NCBI GenBank assembly: GCA_965219085.1
Contig: OZ244720.1
Location: 1,856,001 to 1,920,000, forward strand
Origin: Dehalococcoidia bacterium
Lineage (GTDB): Bacteria > Chloroflexota > Dehalococcoidia > UBA2979
Length of the DNA stretch: 64,000 nucleotides
Direction: 5' to 3'
Under the pieces are notes generated by a model. It searched no databases. It saw only the letters and a list, made by a program, of their open reading frames with translations, and was not told the DNA's origin. A program made the position numbers and the translations under genes. Numbering within the stretch: position 1 is the first letter of the stretch; each line of letters opens with the position of its first letter. Shown in pieces: positions 54,833-64,000 of this stretch.

Positions 54833-55054
54833 AGCGAATCCCCTCTCGTGGCCGCACCTCGTCTCAAGCGAGGGTACGGCCGCATCTCTCCAGCCGTGGT
54901 GCGTCCCTGCCAGACCTCCGCTTCGGACGAAGGAGGCCGTCGGTCATAGGGAGCCGTCCTCTCCGTTCACCCACACGCGCCGCAGCGCCGGGACCCGCCG
55001 CCACGGCCCCTCGTGGGCCGCTCTCCAATCACTCGAGCCCTCGAACCGGAGGGG

Positions 55055-55200
55055 CAATCATGGCAACCTACCACCTAGCCATGAAGATTCAATGGACAAT
55101 ATGTCTCTTTTGGTGGCAGTCTGGTGGCGATTCTCAGGAAACCGTATAATCGGGGCTGGTTGCTACCTAGTCACAAAGACTACGCTCAGTAACCGTTTCG
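55055..55200 (+). promoter_or_regulatory. Conserved intergenic element, copy d; probable promoter of the hybrid kinase
   Basis: TGAAGATTCA (55082), GGTGGC-N5-GGTGGC (55112/55123), perfect TATAAT (55145-55150). Confidence 0.75.
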
Positions 55201-55252
55201 CGCGCCGAGACGCTTGAGCGCCAGGTTCGACTGCAAGAATGAGGCCTGTCAT

Positions 55253-57658
55253 ATGAGCCAGTCCGACACTCCCCGCCCTGAGACCGAGCCCCCTCGGAAC
55301 CGCCTGTCCCAACTCCGCGAGGCCAGCCTCCGCATCAACGAAAGCCTGGACTTCGACACGGTGCTCCAGGAGGTCCTGGCCTCCGCCCGTGACCTGACCA
55401 CGTCGCGCTACGGCGTGTTCATCCTCCTCGACGATGCCGGGCGAATCCGGGAATTCTTCGGCTCCGGCATGACGCCCGAGCAGGGACGGAAGCTATGGCC
55501 CGAGCCGGACCGGGTCAGGTTCTTTGATTACGTTGGCAGAATTCAGAAACCGCTGCGAGTGCGGGACTTCCACAGCCACGCCCGGACGCTGGGTCTTCCC
55601 GAGTTCCCCCCGGCCATGACGGCGAGTTCCCTCCTGTCCTTTCTGGCTGCGCCAATCTCCCACCAGGGCGAGCACTTGGGCACCATCTACCTCGACGAGA
55701 AGAAGGACGGTGAATATACCCAGGAGGACGAGGACACGCTGGTGCTGTTCGCCTCCCATGCGGCGCTGGTCACCGCCAACGCCCGCCGCTACCGGGACGA
55801 ACAGCGCGCCAGAGCGCGCCTGGAGACGCTGATCGACATCTCTCCCGTGGGCGTGGCGGTCTTCGACGCCCGGACGGGAGCGCCGCTCTCCTTCAGCCGG
55901 GAGGCGGTGCGAATCATCGAGAGCCTGCGCGATCCGGACCAATCCCCGGAGCAGCTGCTGGAGGTTGTGTCCTATCGGCGGGCCGACGGATGGAACGTTG
56001 CTCCGTTCGACATAGCTAACGAGCTGCTCGGAGGGGATACGGTGCGGGCCGAGGAGATAGTCCTGAGCGTTCCCGATGGCCGGTCGATCACCGTCCTGGT
56101 CAACGCTACTCCGTTGCGCTCGGAGGATGGCAACGAGGTGGAGACGGTGGTCGTCACCCTGCAGGACATGACGTCCCTGAATGAGTTGGATAAGCTGCGA
56201 GCCGACTTCCTGGGGATGGTGAGCCACGAGTTGCGGGCGCCCCTGACCTCCATCAAGGGTTCGGCCGACACCATGCTGGAGTCCTTCAACTCCCTGGACT
56301 CCGCCGAGATGGTGCAGTTCATCCGCATCATCAAGTCCCAGAGCGATCGGATGCGGGACCTGATCAGCGACTTGCTGGACGTGGCCCGCATCGCGACGGG
56401 CATGTTGTCGGTGACTCCCGAACCGGTGGAGTTGGGAGATCTGGTGGACGAGGCCAAGAGCACCTTCCTGACCGGGGGTGGGCGAAGAAACCTCACCATC
56501 GAGATGGAACTGGACCTGCCCCGGGTGATGGCGGACCGCCGGCGCATCGTTCAGGTCCTGTGCAACCTGCTGTCAAACGCAGCCCGGTACTCCCCTGAAT
56601 CCTCCGCCATTCGGGTCAACGCTGCGCTGGGGGACGACTGCGTCGAAATGTCCGTGGCCGACGGAGGCCAAGGCCTGTCGCCCGAGGAGATGCCGTTGCT
56701 GTTCCGAAAGTTCTCCCGGACCACAGGCCAGGGCAGGGAACGCGAGGCCCCGGACACCGGCCTCGGCCTTGCGATCTGCAAGGGGATCGTGGAGGCTCAC
56801 GGCGGCCGCATTTGGGCCGAGAGCGCCGGCGTGGGCCGGGGCTCCACGTTCACCTTCACCCTGCCGCTGGCCAGCAGCGCCGTCGCGGCCGCCGAGAGTC
56901 CCAGTCCGAGCGTCAGGTCGCAACCCGGGGCCAGAGACCAGGCGCGGATTCTGGCGGTGGACGACGACCCGACGGTCCTCCGCTATGTACGGGACGCCCT
57001 CTCCAGAGCGGGCTATACGCCGGTTGTGACTACCGATCCGGACGAGGCCCTCCGCATCGTCGAGAGCGAGCGGCCCCGCCTGGTGCTGCTGGACCTGATG
57101 CTGCCGGGCAGCGACGGCATCGAGCTGATGAAGAGCATCCTGAACATCGCCGAGGTGCCGGTGATCTTTCTTTCGGCCTATGGCGGGGACGAGACCATCG
57201 CGCGGGCCTTCGAGGCCGGGGCCTCCGACTATATGGTTAAGCCCTTCTCACCCACCGAACTGGTGGCAAGGGTCCGGGGGGCCTTGCGCCGGCGTCTGAT
57301 TTCCCCAACGGGAGAGCCGTCGGAACCCTTCGTGCTGGGCGACCTGGTCATCGACTACGGCGAACGGCGTGTGAGCGTGGCCGAGCGTGCGGTCCATCTG
57401 ACTCCCACCGAGTATGAGCTGCTCTTCGAGCTGTCGGTGAATGCCGGACGGGTGTTGACCTTCGACGCCCTGTTGCACCAGGTCTGGGGCCCTGGTCGCT
57501 CCGGCGACAGGGGGAGTGTCACCACCTACGTGAAGCGGCTCCGCCGCAAGCTGGACGAGGACGCCGCGAGCCCGAAGTATATCTTCGCCGAGCCTCGCGT
57601 CGGCTACCGCATGCCGAAGGGAGGACAACCATCAAGTGAGCCGCCAGCAAATGCCTGA
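55253..57658 (+). CDS. Soluble hybrid regulator: GAF-PAS-HisKA-HATPase-REC-OmpR/KdpE-type winged helix
   Basis: SHELRAPL H-box; NLLSNAARYS; GLGLAICKGIVEAHGG; VDDD/LLDLMLP/KPF receiver; LTPTEYELL...LRRKL...GY DNA-binding domain; no transmembrane segment seen. Confidence 0.92.
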   Translation: MSQSDTPRPETEPPRNRLSQLREASLRINESLDFDTVLQEVLASARDLTTSRYGVFILLDDAGRIREFFGSGMTPEQGRKLWPEPDRVRFFDYVGRIQKPLRVRDFHSHARTLGLPEFPPAMTASSLLSFLAAPISHQGEHLGTIYLDEKKDGEYTQEDEDTLVLFASHAALVTANARRYRDEQRARARLETLIDISPVGVAVFDARTGAPLSFSREAVRIIESLRDPDQSPEQLLEVVSYRRADGWNVAPFDIANELLGGDTVRAEEIVLSVPDGRSITVLVNATPLRSEDGNEVETVVVTLQDMTSLNELDKLRADFLGMVSHELRAPLTSIKGSADTMLESFNSLDSAEMVQFIRIIKSQSDRMRDLISDLLDVARIATGMLSVTPEPVELGDLVDEAKSTFLTGGGRRNLTIEMELDLPRVMADRRRIVQVLCNLLSNAARYSPESSAIRVNAALGDDCVEMSVADGGQGLSPEEMPLLFRKFSRTTGQGREREAPDTGLGLAICKGIVEAHGGRIWAESAGVGRGSTFTFTLPLASSAVAAAESPSPSVRSQPGARDQARILAVDDDPTVLRYVRDALSRAGYTPVVTTDPDEALRIVESERPRLVLLDLMLPGSDGIELMKSILNIAEVPVIFLSAYGGDETIARAFEAGASDYMVKPFSPTELVARVRGALRRRLISPTGEPSEPFVLGDLVIDYGERRVSVAERAVHLTPTEYELLFELSVNAGRVLTFDALLHQVWGPGRSGDRGSVTTYVKRLRRKLDEDAASPKYIFAEPRVGYRMPKGGQPSSEPPANA

Positions 57659-57998
57659 GCCGTTGTTTTCCCACCTTGACGTAAGGGTCGGACAAGATGG
57701 CTGACTCCGACTTGGCCGTCGTCACCGGCGCGCTTCCCGGAGGGAACTTCAGCCGTGAAGTCCCCTCCGAGGGACCATGAGCGCTGCCCCGACTCGCGGT
57801 GCTCGCGGGACACACGTTGCCTACCGAACTGTCCTTCCCACGGACGTTGTTTACACGGGTGAGGCAGGGACAGCCCCGCCGATACCTCCGTGCGGTCGGG
57901 CGGGTAGGCCGGGGGCGAGCCTGCGCCGACGAACGGCACCGGGCTGCACCGTAGTCGGCCGGGGCCCGAGCGCAGAAAACCCCGCACACATTGGCGGG

Positions 57999-58038
57999 CA
58001 GGGGGAGGCCACCGCAGGTGCGCGGTGGCCTCCCCCTG
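57999..58038. terminator. Perfect 17-bp GC-rich hairpin between convergent genes
   Basis: CAGGGGGAGGCCACCGC-N6-GCGGTGGCCTCCCCCTG, 15 bp past the helicase stop; no U-tract. Confidence 0.6.
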
Positions 58039-58053
58039 TGTCGACCGGTCTAA

Positions 58054-58620
58054 CTAACGCTCCGCGCCGACCAGTTCCCGCTCGCGCTCCCGGTCGAGCG
58101 CCCACTCGAACAGCCAGAGCGTCGGAGCTTCGTCCCGACGGCGCCGCCCGGGCTCGACCTGCTCTTTCGCCATGAACTCCGCCCACGAGAACAGCGACCG
58201 CGGCGGCTCGCCAGCGTCGTCGCGCCGGTCGTCCGCGTCCACCCCGACCGTGACGGTTTCGACGGCCACCGGCTCGGGCTCGGCCCAGCCGTCGTCGATT
58301 AGCAGCGCCTCGGCGTCAGCGGCCACCTGCTGCGCTTGCGTGAAGACCGACTCGACCGAGTCGGCGTCCTCCTCGCCGGAGACGATCCTGCGCGCGAGCG
58401 CGAGCATGAGGTCGTCGCCGTCGTCACCGAGAGCGGCGAGGCCGTCCTCGGGCAGCTCGCCCTCCACCGCCAGCGACGATTGGAGCTTCTTCGCCACGAG
58501 TTTGAGGGCATCCGCCTGGAGGGTGTTCCGGTAGGCCATGAACACGACCTGCACGGGCTGCGTCTGACCGATGCGCACGACCTGCGCGAAGCCTGCCGCA
58601 TCGTGTAGACGGAGTAGTCG
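58054..58620 (-). pseudogene. C-terminal half of the SF2 helicase, beginning exactly at DYSVYTMRQ
   Basis: DYSVYTMRQASRRS, frameshift, then RIGQTQPVQVVFMAYRNTLQADALKLVAKKLQSSLAVEGEL...FEWALDRE...*. Confidence 0.85.
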
Positions 58621-58639
58621 GCCCCGGTAGCGAGAGCGA

Positions 58640-61600
58640 TCAGTTGGCCTCGGCAGGCCCATCGCTCCTCGCGACCAGCGGTGTGAGCGGGGGAAGGCCC
58701 TCGGCGAACAGCTCCTTGAACTCGCGGTTCACTAACTCCGGCGCTCCGAGGATGTAGGAGACCCACACGCCGCCGTGCAGGGCGTAGAGGGCCGTGACCT
58801 GCTGGCTCTCGGCGCACGCCTCCAGTTCCTCGACGCTGCCCCCCTCGTGGATGAGCAGGCTGAAGCCCTCGATGATGTCGCCGCGCAGGCACTCCGGCCC
58901 CGGCAACAGGGCGCCGTCGCCGCGGTTCGGGTCCGCAGATGGCGGCCCGCCGCTCTTGACGGTCAGTGGCGTCACGGGGGGCAGGCCCTCGGCGAACAGC
59001 TCCTTGAACTCGCGGTTCACTAACTCCGGCGCTCCGAGGATGTAGGAGACGTAGACGCCGCCGTGCAGTGCGTAGAGGGCCGCGACATCCCGGCTCTCCG
59101 CGCAGCTGACCAGCTCCTCGACGCTGCCGCCCTCGAAGACGACGAGGCTGAAGCCGACCGCGATGTCGCCACGCAGACAGTGTGTCCACGGCTCGGGTGT
59201 CGATTCCTGTTCGCCTTCGGCGAAGGCCACGCGGTAGGTCTTCGTGCGGCTGCCGTCGGCCGAGGTCACCGTGACGGTAATCTCAGTGACTCCGCTAAGA
59301 GCTATCTGGTGGCCGTCCGCTTCCTCGTCGGCGTCGGGCGGGTTGATGGCGATGTCCGTGCGCCGCTGCATCGCCTCAGCGAGAACGGTCGTCTCCGTCA
59401 CGCCCTCGGCTACGATGCCCTCGTATTCCGGCCGGCCGGGATCGAACTCCCCGAGGTCGACGCCGCTGAGCGTGAGCGAGGCGAGGCGGGCGTCGATCGC
59501 GTCGGGCATGTTGTAGCTGTAGACCTTGTCGTCGCTGGCGTCGGCGACGTACATCACGTCGCCGTCGGACCAGAGGCCGCGCGGGCTGTTGTTGCTGGCC
59601 CGGCTCAATATGGTGTTGGGGAACTCCTCGTCGCGGACGCGCTCGAGCTCCTTGTCGCCCTCGTCCTCCTCGTCCGCGTCCGGCTCCCCGGACAGCACGG
59701 GCAGGCGGTAGGCGAAGAGCCGCTTGGCGCCGTGGTCGGAGACCCAGACCGTGACGCCGTCGGACCAGATGCCGCGCGGGTCGTTGTTGGCTGCGTCGAG
59801 GGCGCACTCGGCGAGCAGCTCGCCGCTCTCCAGGTCGTACACGAAGACGCTGTCCTTGCCGCCGTCGAGCACATACATCCGCTCGCCGTCGGACCAGATG
59901 CCGCGGGCCTGGCGGTTGCGCGCCGCGAGTTCGATGTCGCGCTCCGCGAGGCGCTCGCCGCTCTCGAGGTCGTGGGCGAAGAGCTTGTTCTGGCCGCTGT
60001 CGGAGACCCAGAGGATCTTGATCTTGCCATCCGACCAGACGCCGCGGGGCGCGCGGTTGCGCTCGTCGAGCTCGAACTCACGGTCCTCGATGCGCTCGCC
60101 GCTCTTGAGGTCGTAGGCGTAGATCGCGTCGTCGGCGCCGTCGCCGTTCTCGAGGAGCCAGAGGATGGAGCCGTCGGACCACGAGCCCGTGGGCATGTCG
60201 TGGGTCGAGTCGAGCGACTCGATGTCGTGCTTGACCGTCCACTCGAAGTCGATGGTGCTCGGCGAGGGCCCGCCGCCGCCGCCACCGCCACCGCCGCCAC
60301 CGACGAAGCCGACGACGCCACGGGTCGTGGGAGCAGCGGTCACCGTGATGGTCACCACGATAGTGGCGTCCGAGGTGGTAGACGCGACGTACAAGGCGTT
60401 GAAGCCGTCGTGGACGGACACCGTGAAGGTGTAGCTGTCCTTCTCCGTACTGTCGAGGACGGCCTTCGTGCGGATCTGGCCGGTGGCCGCGTCGATGTCG
60501 AAGGCATTGGCGTCCGCCCCGCCGAGTGAGTAGGTGAGGACGTCACCCGTGTCCACGTCGGTCGCGCGTACGGGCGCGCCGACGCTCCGGCCTGCTGCCG
60601 TGCCTGCAGAAACGGTGCGGGTAGCTGTGGCTTCTGCGAACGTCGGCTTGGTGTTCGCCGCGGGCCTGGCGTCGCCGACAGGCGTCTGCAGCGTGGCGGA
60701 TGCCGTCTTGCCGCTGCCCAGCCTGTCCGTATAGGTGGCGGTCGCCCGCAGGTACTGGTTGGCGTCGGCGTCGGCTTCCATGTAGCTGTACGACGTTGCG
60801 CCCGTGATATCCGTCCAGCTGCTCCTGCCGTTGGGCGACCGCGCCCACTGCCAGGTCGTGCCGCTGATGGAGCCGTCGCCGTCGCTCAGGTCGGCGATGA
60901 ACTGTGTCACGTCGTCCAGCCAGCCCCGGGGCGGGGAGATGGTCACGACACCCTCTTCCTCCTCGTCCGTAACAGTGACGGTCACGGACAGCGAGCCCGG
61001 CTGGGGTTTCGTGGCGTCGTCGTCGATGGCGGAGACAGTCACCGCGTAGGTCGTCTGACCCTCGAAGTTGGGCGGCGTGCGGAAGTAGAGCTCGCCCCGG
61101 CTGGAGATCCAGAAGTCGTTGGAGAATGCCGACCTTGCCGACCATGTGAATTTGTCGCCCTCCGGGTCAGTCGCCCGGTAGCTCGCCACCATGGAGCTTG
61201 AATTCTCCTCGATCGAGGCGGTGCTGGGGCCCGTCACGACCGGCGCCTCGTTGACGTTCGTCACCGTGATGGTCACGTTCTGCGTGTCGTCGATGGCGTC
61301 CATGTCGTCGGCGCCGCTCTCGTCCTTGCCATCGCTGACTTGCACGGTGACGCGGTAGGTCCGCTTGCCCTCGTAGTCGAGTTCCACGCCCGTCGCCACC
61401 CGCAGTTGCCCGTCGCTGTCGATCTCGAACGAAGCGGCGTCCGTCCCAGTCAGGGAGTAGGTCAGCATGTCGCCCTGGTCGGGATCAACCGCCGACACGG
61501 GCGCGCCAACGTTGTCGCCCGCCGGGGTGTCCTCCGGCACGCTGCGCAGTCCGTCCTCCGTCGACAGGAAGGCGGGGTCCAGGTTGGCAACGCCGACGAC

Positions 61601-64000
61601 GTTGGTCACGCCGGTCGCGGAGCGGGCGAGGTTGCCGTTGCCGGCGGCATCCTCGACGGCGTCGGCGCCGAGCGCCACAGTGATGTTCGCGGACGTGCTG
61701 GTCAGGGCCGTCGCCAGGGCGATTTCGAGCCTGGGTCCAGACAGCACCGACCCCACTGGGGTTGCCTGCGTCGTCGTGCCCGACTTCACGGTGATCTTGG
61801 TGCGGTCGACCGTGCCGATAGCTTCGTTGAAAAAGAAGATGATTTTCGTGCCGTCGGCCGACGTCGTCGGCGCATTGGCGCCGGTCGTGACGAGCGTCGG
61901 GCGGACGCCGTCGACCTTGTGATTGGCGTTGATGGCGACCGCGCTGTGGTCGAGGTCGGCGGCGGTCGTGCTGCCGGTGGCCGTGATCGTGCCGCCGGTC
62001 AGCTTGTTCGCCGCGATCGCGATGCCGTTCGGGGCCGAGTCGTTCACCAACACCGTGTAGCTGCAGACCATCGTGGTCGTGGTCGTGCCGGTCGCGCAGC
62101 CGGCCGCTTTCGCGCTCCCGGCAAAGTTCAGCTCGAGCTGCGGGCTGCCGGTGATGTCGACCGCCTCGCTGAAGGTCACCGTCGCCTCGATTACGCCGCC
62201 GATGTTGTAGCCGTAGGTGGCGTTGTTGGGGGCGGAGGTGAGCGCGACGCCGGTCACGGTGGGGGTGACGACGGTGCTGCCGACGTTATTGGTCACGGTT
62301 ACCGCGACGAGGGTGGTGTTGGAGTTGCCGGCGGCGTCGGTGACGGCCTCGGCAGCGACATCTATTTCGAGGCTCGTGGTCGAGTCGGTCAGGGCCGTCG
62401 TCAGTGTGAGTTCGACCGTGCGTCCGGAAAAACTCTCGCCGCTTGTCGAAAACATGTTGCTGGGGGCGTTGGCGTCGTAGATGGTGATATTGGTTCGGTC
62501 GACGCTGCCGATGTCCTCGCTGAACGTCAGGATCACCTTCGCGCCGTCGGTCGACGTCTTCGGCGCATTGGCGCCGGTCGTGACGAGCGTCGGGCGGACG
62601 CCGTCGACCTTGTGGCTGCTGTCGCGCCCGACCGTGCTGTGGTCTAGGACGGCGGCGTTGGTCGTGCTGCCATTGGCATAGATCGTGCCGCTGTTGAGCG
62701 TGAGCTTGTTCGCCCCAATCGCGACGCCGCCCGTCGCCTGGACGCCCGACTCCACCTCGTAGGAGCAGACCATCGTGGTCGTGCCCGTGGCGGACGCGCA
62801 GTCGGCCGTCTTCGTGACGTTCGGGCTGCCGCCCAGGTCAAGTTCAAGCTGAGGTGTGCCCGTAATGTCGACCGACTCGCTGAACGTCACCGTGGCCTGG
62901 ACGGCCTCGCCGATGCCGTAGGGGGCGGTGGTGGAGGTCAGTGCGACGCCGGTGACCGTGGGCGCGGTGGCGCTGACGACGGCGTTGGTCACGGTGGCCG
63001 CGGCGAGGGTGGCATTGTCGTTGCCGGCGGCGTCGCTGACGGCCCCGACCGCGAGCGCCACGGTGAGGCTTGCGGCCGAGTCGGTGAGCGCCGTCGTCAG
63101 CGTCAGTTCGACCGTGGGTCCGGAAATACTCTCGCCGCTCGTCGGCAGGGCGACGCTGTTGCCCTCGATGGTGATCAGACTTCGAGTCACGGTGTCGATG
63201 TCCTCGCTGAACGTCAGGATCACCTTGGTGCCGTCGGTCGACGTCGTCGGCGCATTGGCGCCGGTCGTGACGAGCGTCGGGCGGATGCCGTCGACCTTGT
63301 GATTGGCGTCGATCGCCACCGCGGCGTGGGCGAGGACGGCGGTGATGGTCGTGCTGCCGGTGGCCGTGATGGCGCCGCCGTTGAGCGTGAGCTTGTTCGC
63401 CGCGATCGCGATGCCGCCGGCAGCCACGTCGCCCGCCACCACCTCGTAGTAGCACCCCATCCAGTTCTGGTTCGTGGCGGCCACGCAATCTACCGCTTTC
63501 GGGGTGCCGGCAAAGTCCAGCTCCAGCTGCGGGGTACCGGTGATGTCCACCGCCGCGCTGAAGTTCACCGTCGTCTCGACAATGTCGTCGATGGCGTAGA
63601 CGTTGCCGGTGGGGTTGGAGGTGAACTCGACCGACGAGACGGTCGGGGGCGGGCCCTGGACCGGGCCAACCTCGCTGCTGTAGCGGGGGTACTCCTGGTT
63701 GCCGGCGTCGTCGTCGAAGATGACTCGGACCTTGAGGTTCTTGCCGACGTCGTCGGCGGTCGGGGTGTAGCTCGAACCGGTCTCGCCGGCAAGCTCGGTC
63801 TCGTCGGCGCCGTCCACCCGGATCCACTGGTAGAGGTACAAGACGTTGTCGAGTCCGTCGGTGGAGTCCGTGATCCCGGAGATATCGGCCGTCAGTTCGA
63901 TGTCCTGCTGAGCAGTGGCACCGAGAGTCGGGACGCCGATTGCGGGGGTGTTGTCCGGCTGGGCGCCCGGCAGGTCGTAGGCGTAGAGCTGGAGGTCGCT
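58640..64000 (-). CDS. Large surface protein (>1,787 aa, 5' end outside window): three Ig-like+SwmB-like units, cadherin repeats, Gly11, propeller, cadherin-like, two Cys repeats
   Basis: The frame stays open from 63841 to 64000 (SDLQLYAYDLPGAQPDN...). Ends ...SDGPAEAN*. Confidence 0.9.
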   Translation of the reverse strand, partial: SDLQLYAYDLPGAQPDNTPAIGVPTLGATAQQDIELTADISGITDSTDGLDNVLYLYQWIRVDGADETELAGETGSSYTPTADDVGKNLKVRVIFDDDAGNQEYPRYSSEVGPVQGPPPTVSSVEFTSNPTGNVYAIDDIVETTVNFSAAVDITGTPQLELDFAGTPKAVDCVAATNQNWMGCYYEVVAGDVAAGGIAIAANKLTLNGGAITATGSTTITAVLAHAAVAIDANHKVDGIRPTLVTTGANAPTTSTDGTKVILTFSEDIDTVTRSLITIEGNSVALPTSGESISGPTVELTLTTALTDSAASLTVALAVGAVSDAAGNDNATLAAATVTNAVVSATAPTVTGVALTSTTAPYGIGEAVQATVTFSESVDITGTPQLELDLGGSPNVTKTADCASATGTTTMVCSYEVESGVQATGGVAIGANKLTLNSGTIYANGSTTNAAVLDHSTVGRDSSHKVDGVRPTLVTTGANAPKTSTDGAKVILTFSEDIGSVDRTNITIYDANAPSNMFSTSGESFSGRTVELTLTTALTDSTTSLEIDVAAEAVTDAAGNSNTTLVAVTVTNNVGSTVVTPTVTGVALTSAPNNATYGYNIGGVIEATVTFSEAVDITGSPQLELNFAGSAKAAGCATGTTTTTMVCSYTVLVNDSAPNGIAIAANKLTGGTITATGSTTAADLDHSAVAINANHKVDGVRPTLVTTGANAPTTSADGTKIIFFFNEAIGTVDRTKITVKSGTTTQATPVGSVLSGPRLEIALATALTSTSANITVALGADAVEDAAGNGNLARSATGVTNVVGVANLDPAFLSTEDGLRSVPEDTPAGDNVGAPVSAVDPDQGDMLTYSLTGTDAASFEIDSDGQLRVATGVELDYEGKRTYRVTVQVSDGKDESGADDMDAIDDTQNVTITVTNVNEAPVVTGPSTASIEENSSSMVASYRATDPEGDKFTWSARSAFSNDFWISSRGELYFRTPPNFEGQTTYAVTVSAIDDDATKPQPGSLSVTVTVTDEEEEGVVTISPPRGWLDDVTQFIADLSDGDGSISGTTWQWARSPNGRSSWTDITGATSYSYMEADADANQYLRATATYTDRLGSGKTASATLQTPVGDARPAANTKPTFAEATATRTVSAGTAAGRSVGAPVRATDVDTGDVLTYSLGGADANAFDIDAATGQIRTKAVLDSTEKDSYTFTVSVHDGFNALYVASTTSDATIVVTITVTAAPTTRGVVGFVGGGGGGGGGGGPSPSTIDFEWTVKHDIESLDSTHDMPTGSWSDGSILWLLENGDGADDAIYAYDLKSGERIEDREFELDERNRAPRGVWSDGKIKILWVSDSGQNKLFAHDLESGERLAERDIELAARNRQARGIWSDGERMYVLDGGKDSVFVYDLESGELLAECALDAANNDPRGIWSDGVTVWVSDHGAKRLFAYRLPVLSGEPDADEEDEGDKELERVRDEEFPNTILSRASNNSPRGLWSDGDVMYVADASDDKVYSYNMPDAIDARLASLTLSGVDLGEFDPGRPEYEGIVAEGVTETTVLAEAMQRRTDIAINPPDADEEADGHQIALSGVTEITVTVTSADGSRTKTYRVAFAEGEQESTPEPWTHCLRGDIAVGFSLVVFEGGSVEELVSCAESRDVAALYALHGGVYVSYILGAPELVNREFKELFAEGLPPVTPLTVKSGGPPSADPNRGDGALLPGPECLRGDIIEGFSLLIHEGGSVEELEACAESQQVTALYALHGGVWVSYILGAPELVNREFKELFAEGLPPLTPLVARSDGPAEAN

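Noticed and set aside
57660-57990. Small ORFs between the hybrid kinase and the hairpin
   Set aside because: No recognisable motif or consistent frame; cannot be supported.

Overview
High-GC (~69%) bacterial accessory region with no housekeeping, rRNA or complete tRNA genes. Gene style (giant FN3/cadherin-like proteins, TPR protein, DUF104/PIN toxin-antitoxin) suggests a Chloroflexota-like, possibly host-associated organism; that is inference only. About 45 kb encodes five related modular surface proteins: a 631-aa C-terminal remnant, an 8,471-aa giant, two RCC1-tipped paralogues of ~1,800 and ~2,090 aa, and a >1,787-aa gene running off the right edge. They are interleaved with at least six relics of one ICE-type SF2 helicase gene that break repeatedly at the same W-[YF]-E-T|D codons. 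A conserved ~150-bp operator-like element occurs four times, next to the surface-protein genes and next to a soluble GAF-PAS-kinase-REC-winged-helix fusion regulator. The left end holds nested mobile elements: an IS5/IS1182-like transposase interrupted by an IS1111-type IS110 element with recognisable bridge/seek-RNA guides, whose right inverted repeat is interrupted by an ORF-deleted group II intron. The best candidates for undescribed biology are (i) helicase-site-targeted surface-protein cassettes with a shared poly-Gly/propeller/Cys-repeat C-terminal module and a dedicated regulator and operator, (ii) in-frame domain-inside-domain insertions in the giant protein, and (iii) the IS-targeting IS110 parasitised by a mini-intron. 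All domain names come from motif recognition, not database searches. Single-base frameshifts could be sequencing errors.
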